This document shows, in pieces, positions 40,048 through 49,651 of a stretch of DNA of 64,000 nucleotides. Location of the stretch: the NCBI GenBank assembly GCA_047459075.1, contig VSCH01000001.1, forward strand, positions 21,645-85,644, read 5' to 3'. This DNA is from Acidimicrobiia bacterium. GTDB taxonomy: Bacteria; Actinomycetota; Acidimicrobiia; Acidimicrobiales; VFJN01. Within the stretch, counting starts at the first letter, position 1, and the number at the start of each line of letters is the position of its first letter. Position numbers and translations under genes: made by a program. Under the pieces are notes generated by a model that ran no database searches, had not been told where the DNA came from, and was given only the letters and a program-made list of their open reading frames with translations.

Positions 40048-41298
40048 ATGCGCTTCGACCTGCCGTCCGACGGGATCCCCACCGCGTGGTTCAACGCGCT
40101 GCCCCGGCTGCCCGAGCCGCTGCAGCCGCCGCTGCACCCCGCCACCCGGGAGCCGGTCGGCCCCGACGACCTGGCGCCGCTGTTCCCGATGGCGCTGATC
40201 GAGCAGGAGGTCAGCACCGCGCCGTGGGTCGACGTGCCCGGCGAGGTGCTCGACATCCTGCGCCTGTGGCGGCCGACGCCGCTCGTGCGCGCCGAGCGGC
40301 TGGAGCGGGAGCTGGGCACGCCCGCCCGCATCTACTTCAAGGACGAGTCGGTCAGCCCGGCGGGCTCGCACAAGCCGAACACCGCCGTCGCGCAGGCCTT
40401 CTACAACAAGGCCGAGGGCACCGCCCGGCTGACCACCGAGACCGGCGCCGGCCAGTGGGGGGCGTCGCTCGCCTTCGCGGCCGCCCAGTACGGGCTCGAG
40501 TGCAAGGTGTACATGGTCCGCACCTCGTACGAGTCGAAGCCCTACCGCCGCGTGCTCATGGAGACCTGGGGCGCCGAGTGCGTGCCCTCCCCGGTCGACG
40601 ACCCCGACAGCCCCGGGTCGCTCGGCCTGGCCATCAGCGACGCCGTGGCCGACGCCGCCGGGCGCGACGACACCCACTACTCGCTCGGCTCGGTGCTCAA
40701 CCACGTCCTGCTGCACCAGACGGTCATCGGGCTCGAGGCCCGCGAGCAGCTCGCGCTGGCCGGCGAGGAGCGGCCCGACGTCGTGATCGGCTCGTGCGGC
40801 GGCGGCTCGAACCTCGGCGGCATCGCCCTGCCCTTCCTCGAGGACGAGGGCGTCCGCCTGCTGGCCGTCGAGCCGACGTCGTGCGCCACGCTGACCACCG
40901 GCCGGTTCGACTACGACTACGGCGACACCGCCGGGCTGACGCCGCTGCTGCCCATGTACACGCTCGGCCACGACTTCATGCCGCCCTCCATCCACGCCGG
41001 CGGGCTCCGCTACCACGGCGACAGCCCGATCGTCTCGGCGCTGGTCCGCAGCGGGCGGATGGAGGCCGTCGCCGCGCCGCAGACGAAGGTGTTCGAGGCC
41101 GCCGTGCTCTTCGCCCGCACCCAGGGCAAGGTGCCGGCGCCCGAGACCGCCCACGCCATCCGGGCCGCCGTCGACGAGGCGCTCGCCGCCAAGGAGGCGG
41201 GCGAGGAGCGGGTGATCCTCTTCAACTACTCGGGCCACGGCTTCCTCGACCTCGCCGCCTACGACGCCTACAACCGGGGCGAGCTCGTCGACGAGTGA
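40048..41298 (+). CDS. trpB2: TrpB-like PLP-dependent enzyme (tryptophan synthase beta, type 2)
   Basis: TrpB2-type N-terminus ([24 protein letters not shown]), PLP-lysine region [19 protein letters not shown], and GSCGGGSN. Confidence 0.9.
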   Translation: MRFDLPSDGIPTAWFNALPRLPEPLQPPLHPATREPVGPDDLAPLFPMALIEQEVSTAPWVDVPGEVLDILRLWRPTPLVRAERLERELGTPARIYFKDESVSPAGSHKPNTAVAQAFYNKAEGTARLTTETGAGQWGASLAFAAAQYGLECKVYMVRTSYESKPYRRVLMETWGAECVPSPVDDPDSPGSLGLAISDAVADAAGRDDTHYSLGSVLNHVLLHQTVIGLEAREQLALAGEERPDVVIGSCGGGSNLGGIALPFLEDEGVRLLAVEPTSCATLTTGRFDYDYGDTAGLTPLLPMYTLGHDFMPPSIHAGGLRYHGDSPIVSALVRSGRMEAVAAPQTKVFEAAVLFARTQGKVPAPETAHAIRAAVDEALAAKEAGEERVILFNYSGHGFLDLAAYDAYNRGELVDE

Positions 41299-41315
41299 CG
41301 GCCGGGCGACGCCCC

Positions 41316-42461
41316 GTGTCCACGCCGATCGAGGGGTGGGTCGCGCCCGGCTTCGAGCCGGTCCGGGACGCCTTCGCCGCCAACTTCGCCGAGCGGGGCG
41401 AGGTCGGCGCCGGCGTCCACGTCGTCGTGCGGGGCGAGGTCGTCGTCGACCTCGTGGGCGGCTGGCGGGACGCGGCCCGCACCGAGCCCTGGCGGCCCGA
41501 CACGCTCGTGAACGTCTACTCCGTGGGCAAGGCGCTCCTCGCCCTGCTGGCGCTGCAGCTCGTCGACACCGGGGAGCTCGGGCTCGACCAGCCCGTCGCC
41601 GAGCTGTGGCCTGAGTTCGCCGAGGGCGGCAAGGCCACCGCCACCGTCGCCCACGCGCTCACCCACCGGGCCGGCGTGCCGGCGATCCGCCAGCGGCTCA
41701 CCGACGAGGACCTGTTCCACTGGGACCGCATGACCGCCGCCCTGGCGGCCACCGAGGCGTGGTTCCCGCCCGGCGAGCGGATCGCCTACCACACGAACAC
41801 CTTCGGCCACCTCGTCGGCGAGATCGTCAGGCGCGCGAGCGGGCAGATGCCCGGCGAGCGGCTGCGGGCGGTCGCCGAACCGCTCGGCGCCGACGTGTGG
41901 TTCGGCGTGCCCGAGGACGAGCACCACCGCTGCGCGGAGGTCGTGTGGGCGCACGACCGGCCCGCCCCCGACCCGGCGACCGTCGACGGGCTGGAGGGCG
42001 AGCAACTCCTCAACGCCCTCGCCCACTTCAACCCGCCCGGCTACTCCTCGGTGGGCCTGGTCAACACGCCGGCGTGGCGCTCGCTGCCGCTGGGGTCCAC
42101 CGCGGGGCACGCCACGGCCGCGGGGGTCGCCCGCATGTACGCGGCGCTGCTGGAGCCCGGCCGGCTGCTGTCGCCCACCCTGCTGGCGCACGCCACCCGG
42201 CCACAGGCCGTCGGGCACTGCCCGATCCTCGGCGAGGAGGTGACCTTCGGGCTCGGGTTCACGCCGACGACGCCCCGCCGCCCGCTGGGCCCCAACCCCC
42301 GCAGCTTCGGGCACTTCGGCACCGGTGGGGCGCTGGGCTTCGCCGACCCCGACGCCGGGCTGGCGTTCGGCTACGTGATGAACCACGTCGTCCCCCGGTG
42401 GCAGAGCACCCGCAACCGGGCGCTGATCGACGCCGTCTACGCCGCGCTCGCCGCCCGCTGA
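41316..42461 (+). CDS. Serine hydrolase, beta-lactamase/esterase family (S12, class-C-like)
   Basis: SxxK motif YSVGK, a YHTNTFG (YxN-like) motif, and a C-terminal HFGTGGA (HxG) box. GTG start is 17 nt after trpB2. Confidence 0.8.
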   Translation: MSTPIEGWVAPGFEPVRDAFAANFAERGEVGAGVHVVVRGEVVVDLVGGWRDAARTEPWRPDTLVNVYSVGKALLALLALQLVDTGELGLDQPVAELWPEFAEGGKATATVAHALTHRAGVPAIRQRLTDEDLFHWDRMTAALAATEAWFPPGERIAYHTNTFGHLVGEIVRRASGQMPGERLRAVAEPLGADVWFGVPEDEHHRCAEVVWAHDRPAPDPATVDGLEGEQLLNALAHFNPPGYSSVGLVNTPAWRSLPLGSTAGHATAAGVARMYAALLEPGRLLSPTLLAHATRPQAVGHCPILGEEVTFGLGFTPTTPRRPLGPNPRSFGHFGTGGALGFADPDAGLAFGYVMNHVVPRWQSTRNRALIDAVYAALAAR

Positions 42462-42756
42462 CCGGCGTCAGGCCGGTCCGCTCGACGCGATCTCGTCACG
42501 CTGGACGTCGAACGGCCCGGATCACGTCGGTCACGGCCGCCGGCGGACGTCGCCCCGGAACGCCCCCTCCCGTCGTCGATCGGCGCCGCGGGACGGTCCG
42601 TGCCCGCCCCGGCACGGAGCCGAGGGCCCGTCGACCGCAGGGATCGCCGGGCGTATCGTCGACGCCGCGGCATCGATCTCGTCGACACGATGGTGGCGCC
42701 ACCGGGGCCGCGGCGTCGAGCAGGCGGTCGGCAGGACCGGGCGGAAGGAGACCGAC

Positions 42757-43512
42757 ATGACGCAGGCGACGACCCCGGAACCGGACGGGCCGACACGGGT
42801 CGAGGAGATCGCCCCCGGCATCCACCGGCTGTCGACGTTCGCCCCGGACGTCAGCCCGACCGGCTTCACGTTCAACCAGTTCCTGCTGGCGGACGAGGAG
42901 CCGCTGCTCTTCCACACCGGCCACCGCTCGCTCTTCCCGTCGGTGCGGGACGCGATCGACCGCATCGTGGGGATCGAGCGGCTCCGGTGGATCACCTTCG
43001 GCCACGTGGAGTCCGACGAGTGCGGGGCCATGAACCTCCTGCTCGAGGCCGCCCCGCGGGCCGAGGTGGCCCACGGCGCGCTCGGCTGCGTGGTGTCGGT
43101 GGCGGAGATGGCCGATCGGCCGCCCCGCCCCCTGGCGGACGGCGAGGTGCTCGAGCTCGGCACGCTGCGGGTCCGGCGGCTGGAGACACCCCACGTGCCC
43201 CACGGGTGGGACGCCGGGCTCCTCTACGAGGAGACCACCGGCACGCTGCTGTGCGGCGACCTGTTCACCGCGTGCGGCGACGGGCCGGCGCTGACCGACG
43301 AGGACCCGGTCGGACCGGCGATCGAGGCCGAGGACATGTTCGGCTACAGCTCCCTGACGCCGTCGACGCCGGCGACGATCGAGCGGCTGGCCGCGCTGGC
43401 GCCCCGCCGGCTGGCGCTCATGCACGGCCCGTCGTTCGTGGGCGACGCCGCCGGCGCGCTGCTCGCCCTGGCGGCCGACTACCGCCGGCGCCTCGACCGG
43501 GCGGCCGCCTGA
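42757..43512 (+). CDS. MBL-fold metallo-hydrolase-like protein
   Basis: 251-aa ORF preceded by GGAAGGAGA RBS. It has the beta-lactamase-fold pattern (FNQFLL..EEPLLFHTGH...FGHVESDECG). The canonical HxHxDH motif is degenerate. Confidence 0.6.
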   Translation: MTQATTPEPDGPTRVEEIAPGIHRLSTFAPDVSPTGFTFNQFLLADEEPLLFHTGHRSLFPSVRDAIDRIVGIERLRWITFGHVESDECGAMNLLLEAAPRAEVAHGALGCVVSVAEMADRPPRPLADGEVLELGTLRVRRLETPHVPHGWDAGLLYEETTGTLLCGDLFTACGDGPALTDEDPVGPAIEAEDMFGYSSLTPSTPATIERLAALAPRRLALMHGPSFVGDAAGALLALAADYRRRLDRAAA

Positions 43513-43527
43513 CCCCGCCCGGCGGCG

Positions 43528-44376
43528 TCACCCGCCGGGACCGGTCGGGTGACCGTGGTCGTCCCCGCGCGGGCCCGGCGGCGGCACGTCGAGCAGCTCG
43601 CCGTTGGCCGGCGGCGGGCGGCCGTCGATGGTGACGGGGCGGGCGGCCGCGGTCCAGACGCTCGGCCCGTCCATCGCCTGCAGGTGCAGGTGCGGCTCGC
43701 TGGAGTTGCCGGAGTTGCCGCACTCGGCCACGACCTGGCCCGCCGCCACCCGGTCGCCCCGGCGGACGCGCAGCGAGCCGCGCCGCAGGTGGGCGAGCAC
43801 GACGTGGGTGCCGTCGCCGGCCCGGACCACCAGGTGGTTGCCGAGGATGGCGGAGGGCCCGGCCAGCTCCCGCACGCTCTCGAGGACGAGGTACAGGAGG
43901 CCCAGCGGGGAGGTGCGGCTCCAGTGGTCGCGCCACCAGCCGACCGCCCGCACGACCTCGCCGTCGACCGGCGACCGCACCGGCCGGCCGAACCCGGGGA
44001 AGTCCTCGGGCCGGCGGGCGACCGGGAGCACCCCGATGCCCGGGCGGGCGCCGCCGCCGGGGTCGTGGACGAGGTCGACGGCGTAGGTCTGCGCCCAGGC
44101 GTGGATCCCGTGGCTCGGCACCCGGGTGGTCGGGCTGTTCAGCGCCCGCCAGCGGCCGTCGACGGGCGCCGCCAGGGCGACGACCGGCCCGACCGGCGTG
44201 GCCAGCCGGGCGTACAGCGCCATCACCGCGACGAACAGGGCGAGCACGGCGACGAACGCCCAGCCCGACACGTCGGTGACGACGGCGGCCACGAGCAGGG
44301 CGACGCTCGCCGCCACGAGCGGCATGCGACAGCGGACGAGCAGCGTGCGCCAGCGGGCGGGTCGTGGTTCGCGCAT
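43528..44376 (-). CDS. M23-family metallopeptidase, membrane-anchored
   Basis: Two to three N-terminal TM helices. HxxxD (HAWAQTYAVD) and NSGNSSEPHLHLQ motifs. Confidence 0.85.
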   Translation of the reverse strand: MREPRPARWRTLLVRCRMPLVAASVALLVAAVVTDVSGWAFVAVLALFVAVMALYARLATPVGPVVALAAPVDGRWRALNSPTTRVPSHGIHAWAQTYAVDLVHDPGGGARPGIGVLPVARRPEDFPGFGRPVRSPVDGEVVRAVGWWRDHWSRTSPLGLLYLVLESVRELAGPSAILGNHLVVRAGDGTHVVLAHLRRGSLRVRRGDRVAAGQVVAECGNSGNSSEPHLHLQAMDGPSVWTAAARPVTIDGRPPPANGELLDVPPPGPRGDDHGHPTGPGG

Positions 44377-44580
44377 GGTCGTGAGCTTCCCCGACCCGCC
44401 CGGGCCACGCATCGCACGCGGGCCGCCGCCGGACCCGCGGGACCGGGCCGGCCGCAGGTCCGTGAGCCGGGAGCGGGTCCCCGATGGGACCGACCGCTGC
44501 TCGCCATGTGACGTGAGACCCGTGAGGGCGGCGCCGAGCGGGGGGAGGATGGGAGGAGCCGAGCGAGGAGGTGGTCGTCG

Positions 44581-45117
44581 ATGCCTCCGCACTGCGACTC
44601 CCTGGACGGCCCCGTCGTGACCGCGGCGCGGCAGGCGCTCGCAGGTGCCGACGTCGACGTGGTCCTGCCGTACGTCCACGTCGACGGCGAGGCCGAGGTC
44701 CGTGACGCGTTCGACCTCGCGCTGAAGGCCCGCGCCCTCGGGCCGGCGGCCCGCGAGGTGGCCGATCGCTGGTTCTTCGAGACCGTCGTGCGCGTGCACC
44801 GTGCCGGTGAGGGCGCCCCGTTCACCGGGCTGAAGCCCGCGGGTCTCGACGTCGGACCGGTCATCCCGAAGGCCGAGCGGGCGCTGGAGACGGGATCGCC
44901 CGACGAGCTCGTCGGGTTCCTGTGCGACAGCGTGCGCGACGAGGTCGAACGGCGCCACCGGCACGCCATGGCCCTGAAGGACCACGCGTCCGAGGGCACG
45001 GCCGCAGCCCGGGCCTACGTGGAGGCGATGCTCGGCCTGCAGGTCTGGGCGCACGCGCTGCACCGGCAGATCACGGCCGACCCGCACGCCCACGTCGGTG
45101 CCCACGACCACGGCTGA
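44581..45117 (+). CDS. Conserved hypothetical protein (resembles the family I recall as DUF6448; His-rich C-terminus)
   Basis: 178-aa ORF with GAGGAGG RBS. N-terminus MPPHCDSLDGPVV; C-terminus DPHAHVGAHDHG. No functional assignment. Confidence 0.6.
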   Translation: MPPHCDSLDGPVVTAARQALAGADVDVVLPYVHVDGEAEVRDAFDLALKARALGPAAREVADRWFFETVVRVHRAGEGAPFTGLKPAGLDVGPVIPKAERALETGSPDELVGFLCDSVRDEVERRHRHAMALKDHASEGTAAARAYVEAMLGLQVWAHALHRQITADPHAHVGAHDHG

Positions 45118-45155
45118 GGTGACCTGGACGGGCCGCCACCGGTGCGGCGCTGCGG

Positions 45156-45232
45156 TGGTGGAGACGATGGGATTCGAACCCACGACCCCCTGCTTGCAAA
45201 GCAGGTGCTCTAGCCAGCTGAGCTACGTCCCC
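45156..45232 (-). tRNA. tRNA-Ala: tRNA-Ala (anticodon UGC), CCA encoded
   Basis: GGGGACGUAGCUCAGCUGGCUAGAGCACCUGCUUUGCAAGCAGGGGGUCGUGGGUUCGAAUCCCAUCGUCUCCACCA. Full cloverleaf with a G3:U70 identity pair and anticodon loop UUUGCAA. Confidence 0.95.
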
Positions 45233-45379
45233 GTGTCGCGTGGACGTGCCAGCGTACCGGCCGGCTGACGGCGCGACGAACGCCCGGCGTGACCCGGTGG
45301 GTCCACGGTTCGTGACACGCTCGCCCTGCTCCGTGGCAGCCTGAACATCCCGGCGCGACGCGGCCTAGGTTGCGGTGTC

Positions 45380-46180
45380 GTGAAGGGGTGGATGGTCGGA
45401 CTGGCACTGGTGATCGTGCTCGTCGCCGCCGGGACGGGCCTGTGGATCACCTGGGACGACACCCAGACGTCCCGAGCCAGCCCGGCCGGCCGGGTCGCCG
45501 ACCTCGCACCACCGTCGACGGCGGCCGCCGACACCCGGCCGACGACCACGATGGCGCTCGCCCCGCCCTGCCGGTTCGGCGACGACCCCGTGACCACCGA
45601 CCCGGCGACCGACTGGGCCACGACGATCGTCGACACCCGCTACCGGCTCCCCGAGGACTTCGTCCCGCCGGACCTCGTCCCCGTGACCGAGGCGGGCTTC
45701 GACAGCCAGGACCAGGTCCGGGAGGTCATGATCGAGGACCTCGGCGCCATGCGGGCCGAGGCGGAGGCGGCCGGCGCCCCGTTCGTCGTCGTCTCCGGCT
45801 ACCGCAGCTTCTCGTACCAGGCCCAGCTCTACCTCGAGCGGGTCGCCCAGGTCGGCGAGGAGGAGGCCAACCGGCGGACCGCCCGGCCGGGCCACAGCGA
45901 GCACCAGCTCGGCACCGCCATCGACGTCCTCGACCCCCAGGGGGCCGACCTCACGACCGCCTTCGCGGACACGCCCACCGGTCGGTGGATCGCGGACCAC
46001 GCCCACGAGTTCGGCTTCGTCCTCAGCTACCCGGAGGGCGGCATCGACCGCACCTGCTACGACTACGAGCCCTGGCACCTGCGCTACGTGGGCCGGGACG
46101 TCGCCGCCGAGATCCACGAGCTCGGCATCACGCCCCGGGAGTGGATGGCCGCCCAGGCGGCGCGCGACCAGGAGGGGTGA
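45380..46180 (+). CDS. M15B (VanY-type) D-alanyl-D-alanine / LD-carboxypeptidase, membrane-anchored
   Basis: N-terminal TM. SGYRSFSYQ, zinc ligands in RPGHSEHQLGTAIDV, FVLSYPEG, and YEPWHLRYVG. Confidence 0.85.
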   Translation: MKGWMVGLALVIVLVAAGTGLWITWDDTQTSRASPAGRVADLAPPSTAAADTRPTTTMALAPPCRFGDDPVTTDPATDWATTIVDTRYRLPEDFVPPDLVPVTEAGFDSQDQVREVMIEDLGAMRAEAEAAGAPFVVVSGYRSFSYQAQLYLERVAQVGEEEANRRTARPGHSEHQLGTAIDVLDPQGADLTTAFADTPTGRWIADHAHEFGFVLSYPEGGIDRTCYDYEPWHLRYVGRDVAAEIHELGITPREWMAAQAARDQEG

Positions 46181-46234
46181 CGTCGGGTCCGGCCCGCGCC
46201 GGAACCGGTCGCCGCTCCGATTAGCGTCGATCCG

Positions 46235-47701
46235 GTGTCACGACGCCCCCTCCGCCTGCTGGCCACGCTGCTCACCCTGACGATCGTCGCCGCGTGCGCG
46301 CAGGAGGCCGACGAGCCGCTCGCGGGCGGCGCCGGCGCGGGCGGCGGCGCGGCCGGCCCCGACGACGGCTCCGGTGGCGGCACCCTCGAGTGGACGAGCT
46401 GCGGCGGTGACGCCGAGTGCGCCGAGCTCGAGGTCCCCGTCGACTACGCGAACCCCGACGGCGACACGCTCACGATCAGCATCGCCCGCGTCCCGGCCGA
46501 GGGCGACCGCATCGGCGCCCTGTTCGTCAACCCCGGCGGCCCCGGCGCGACGGCGGCGGACTTCGCCGTCAGCCTCGCCTGGGCGCTGCCGAGCGAGGTG
46601 ACCGAGCACTTCGACATCGTGGGCGTCGACCCCCGGGGCCTCGGCGCCAGCGAGATCGACTGCGGGGGCGACATGACCGAGCTGTACGGGCTCGACCCCA
46701 CGATCGACTCGCCCGAGGACGCCGAGGAGCTGCTCGACGTCAGCCAGGACTACGTCGACGGCTGCGAGGCCGACGCCGGCGAGCTGCTGCCGTACCTCGG
46801 CACGGAGGAGGTCGCCCGTGACATCGACGCCGTGCGCGAGGCGATGGGCGACGAGCAGCTGAACTACCTCGGCTTCAGCTACGGCACCGCCATCGGCCAG
46901 GTGCTCGCCGACCTCTACCCGGACCGGGTGCGGGCCATGGTCCTCGACGGCGTGCTGGAGCTCGGCCCCGACGGCGTCGAGATCGCCACCCAGCAGGCCG
47001 CCGGGTTCGAGACCGCGCTGGAGCGCTTCGCCGACGACTGCCGCGACGACCCCTCGTGCCCCATCGCCGACGACCCGATCGGCGCCATCGAGGAGCTCGA
47101 GGCGATGGTCGAGGAGGAGCCGATCCCGGCCGAGCCGCGCGACCTCGGCCCCGGCGAGCTGTCCATCGGCCTGGCCATGCCCCTCTACAGCGAGCTGCTG
47201 TGGCCCGAGCTGGCCGAGGCGGTCGCCGACGCGCTCGACGGCGACGGCAGCGGCATGGTCGCGCTCGCCGACCAGTACATCGGGGTGGCCAGCTTCGACG
47301 TCTACTTCGCCGTCAACTGCATCGACTTCGACTGGCCGGAGGACCCCCAGGAGCTGCTGGACGCGGCCGCCGAGGCGGCGGAGAGCGCGCCGCACTTCGG
47401 CGAGGCGATCGTGAACGACTACGTCCGCTGCCCGCTGTGGCCGGTCGAGGAGGAACCGCTGGAGCCGGTCACGGCGCCCGGCGCCCCGCCGATCCTCGTG
47501 GTGTCGACGACCGGCGACCCCGCCACCCCCTACGAGGCCGGGGTCCGCACGGCGGAGCGGCTCGAGAGCGGCGTCCTGCTCACCTACGACGGCGACGGCC
47601 ACACGGTGGTGGCGAACGGGGTCGCGTGCGTCGACGAGATCGTCGCCGACTACCTGGTCGACCTCGAGGTGCCGGAGGACGGCACGACCTGCACCGACTG
47701 A
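46235..47701 (+). CDS. Secreted alpha/beta-hydrolase, tripeptidyl-aminopeptidase (S33, TAP-like) lipoprotein
   Basis: Lipobox LTIVAAC. NPGGPG oxyanion motif, nucleophile GFSYGT, and a TAP-like C-terminal region (GDPATPYE...DGDGH). Confidence 0.8.
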   Translation: MSRRPLRLLATLLTLTIVAACAQEADEPLAGGAGAGGGAAGPDDGSGGGTLEWTSCGGDAECAELEVPVDYANPDGDTLTISIARVPAEGDRIGALFVNPGGPGATAADFAVSLAWALPSEVTEHFDIVGVDPRGLGASEIDCGGDMTELYGLDPTIDSPEDAEELLDVSQDYVDGCEADAGELLPYLGTEEVARDIDAVREAMGDEQLNYLGFSYGTAIGQVLADLYPDRVRAMVLDGVLELGPDGVEIATQQAAGFETALERFADDCRDDPSCPIADDPIGAIEELEAMVEEEPIPAEPRDLGPGELSIGLAMPLYSELLWPELAEAVADALDGDGSGMVALADQYIGVASFDVYFAVNCIDFDWPEDPQELLDAAAEAAESAPHFGEAIVNDYVRCPLWPVEEEPLEPVTAPGAPPILVVSTTGDPATPYEAGVRTAERLESGVLLTYDGDGHTVVANGVACVDEIVADYLVDLEVPEDGTTCTD

Positions 47702-47714
47702 CCGGCCGCCGGCC

Positions 47715-49298
47715 TCAGCCCTGCGTGCCCTCGGCCACCAGGCGCTCGAGGGTCAGCTCCGGGTACTCGTCCTCGACCCGGGCCAGCCAGTACGGGCTCT
47801 CGAACAGCGCGTACAGCGTGCCGCTGGCCCGCGCCAGCACCCGCACGCCGGGCATCCGGGCCAGCTCGGGCGCCGAGGCCTCGTCGGTGCGGCGGGCGAT
47901 CGTGTAGGGCGTCGGCGTCAGCTCGGCGGCGGCGCCGAACTCGTGCTCCAGGCGCCACGACGCCACCTCGAGCTGCATCGGGCCCACCGCGGCCAGCACC
48001 GGCGCCTGGTCGCCGAGGTCGGGGTCGCGCAGGACCTGCACGACGCCCTCGTCGTCGAGCTGGGCGATGCCCCGGCGGAACTGCTTGAACCGGCCGGTGT
48101 CCCGGGCCCGGGCGGTGACGAAGTGCTCGGGGGCGAACTCGGGCAGGCGCGGGTACTCGACCGGGGTGTCGACGTAGAGCGTGTCGCCCACCCGCACGTC
48201 GGAGGCGTTGACGAGCGCCACGATGTCGCCCGGGTAGGCCTCCTCGAGCGTCTCGCGCTCCTGGGCGAAGACCGAGTGCGCGTACTTGGTGGCGAACGGC
48301 CGGCCCGTCGGCTGGTGGGTGACGACCATCCCCCGCTCGAACCGCCCGGACCACACCCGCACGAAGGCGACCCGGTCGCGGTGCGCCCTGTCCATGTTGG
48401 CCTGGACCTTGAAGACCTGGCCCGAGAAGGGGTCGTCCAGCTTACGGGCCGCGCCGTCGACGTCGAGGCGGGGCGAGGGCGGGGGCGCCAGGTCGACGAT
48501 CCCGTCGAGCAGCAGGCCGACGCCGAAGTTGGTCAGCGCCGAGCCGACGAACACCGGCGACTGCTCGCCGGCGAGGAACAGGTCGAGGTCGACGCCGCCG
48601 GCGACCTCGTCGAGCAGCGCCACCTCGTCGATCGCCGCCTTCCAGGCGTCGCCCTCCTCGGCGGCCGCCTGCTCCAGGTCGAGCACCTCCTCGGTCGCCG
48701 TGGCGGCGCCGTGGGCGGTCCGCCCGAAGCGGACGAACCGCTCCCGGGGCCGGTCGATCAGACCCCGGAAGTCACCGGCGATGCCGACCGGCCAGGTCAC
48801 CGGCACCGGCTGCAGGTCGAGCCGGCTCTCGATCTCGTCGAGCAGCTCGAGGGCGTCCCGGCCCGGCCGGTCCCACTTGTTGATGAACGTGAGGAGCGGC
48901 ACGTTGCGGGCCCGGCAGACCTCGAACAGCTTCAGCGTCTGGGACTCGATGCCCTTGGCCGCGTCCAGCACCATCACCGCGGCGTCGACCGCCGCCAGGA
49001 CCCGGTAGGTGTCCTCGGAGAAGTCCCGGTGGCCGGGCGTGTCGAGCAGGTTGAGCACGTTGCCCCGGTAGGGGAACTGCAGCACGGCCGAGGTGATCGA
49101 GATGCCGCGCTTCTGCTCGAGCTCCATCCAGTCCGACCGGGCGCGCCGCCGCTCGCCGCGGGCCTTGACCTGACCGGCCTCCTGCACGGCCCCGCCGTAG
49201 AGGAGGAACTTCTCGGTGAGGGTGGTCTTGCCCGCGTCGGGGTGGCTGATGATGGCGAAGGTGCGCCGGCGCGCGGCGAGGTCGGCGACGGATTCCAT
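47715..49298 (-). CDS. prfC: Peptide chain release factor 3
   Basis: RRRTFAIISHPDAGKTTLTEKFLLYGG, DTPGHRDF, and NKWDR GTPase motifs; 527 aa. Start at ATG 49298. Confidence 0.95.
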   Translation of the reverse strand: MESVADLAARRRTFAIISHPDAGKTTLTEKFLLYGGAVQEAGQVKARGERRRARSDWMELEQKRGISITSAVLQFPYRGNVLNLLDTPGHRDFSEDTYRVLAAVDAAVMVLDAAKGIESQTLKLFEVCRARNVPLLTFINKWDRPGRDALELLDEIESRLDLQPVPVTWPVGIAGDFRGLIDRPRERFVRFGRTAHGAATATEEVLDLEQAAAEEGDAWKAAIDEVALLDEVAGGVDLDLFLAGEQSPVFVGSALTNFGVGLLLDGIVDLAPPPSPRLDVDGAARKLDDPFSGQVFKVQANMDRAHRDRVAFVRVWSGRFERGMVVTHQPTGRPFATKYAHSVFAQERETLEEAYPGDIVALVNASDVRVGDTLYVDTPVEYPRLPEFAPEHFVTARARDTGRFKQFRRGIAQLDDEGVVQVLRDPDLGDQAPVLAAVGPMQLEVASWRLEHEFGAAAELTPTPYTIARRTDEASAPELARMPGVRVLARASGTLYALFESPYWLARVEDEYPELTLERLVAEGTQG

Positions 49299-49651
49299 GC
49301 GACCGACCAGGCTACGGCGCCGCGGCCCGATCGCCGCGATCGGCGCCCGGTCCGCTCGCCCGCGCCGGGGCCCGGGGCCCGCCGGCCGGGAGCGCGGTGC
49401 GCCGCCGGTGACCGCCCCGCCGCCAGGGTCGAGAGGGCCCGCCGCCCTCCGACGGCGCCCCGCCGGTCCCCGCCGTGGCCGGGCGCCGCGCGACTCGCTC
49501 GTCGACCCCGGGGCGGTCCTTCGCACCGCGCTCCCGGTGTGCCCTCACGGTACGGCCGGGCCGTGACCGGGCCATCGGGGTCACCCCCGGGCGCGGGACG
49601 CCGGCCGGGGGAACGTCCTCGGTCGGTGGCCGGCGACTGCGGGGCGGTCGG

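Noticed and set aside
44377-44580. Possible c-di-AMP (ydaO-type) or other riboswitch in the 204-bp spacer upstream of the M23 peptidase and the His-rich protein gene.
   Set aside because: I read both strands. A GGGGACCC stem and three CGTGAG repeats are present, but the conserved ydaO core segments are not. No known riboswitch class was recognised by eye. An Infernal/Rfam scan would settle it.
45100-45380. tRNA-Ala as an integration site for a genomic island.
   Set aside because: There is no integrase, excisionase or partial tRNA direct repeat on either side, and the neighbouring genes look like ordinary housekeeping or envelope genes.
49299-49651. Unusually long (353 bp) GC-rich gap between the esterase gene and prfC. 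I looked for an sRNA, leader peptide or small gene (ORFs 49216..49566 + and 49312..49584 -).
   Set aside because: Both ORFs translate to Arg/Pro/Gly-rich junk. Only generic hairpins are present (for example CCGATCGC-C-GCGATCGG at 49327-43). Nothing matches SRP, 6S, tmRNA or RNase P features that I know. Left unannotated.
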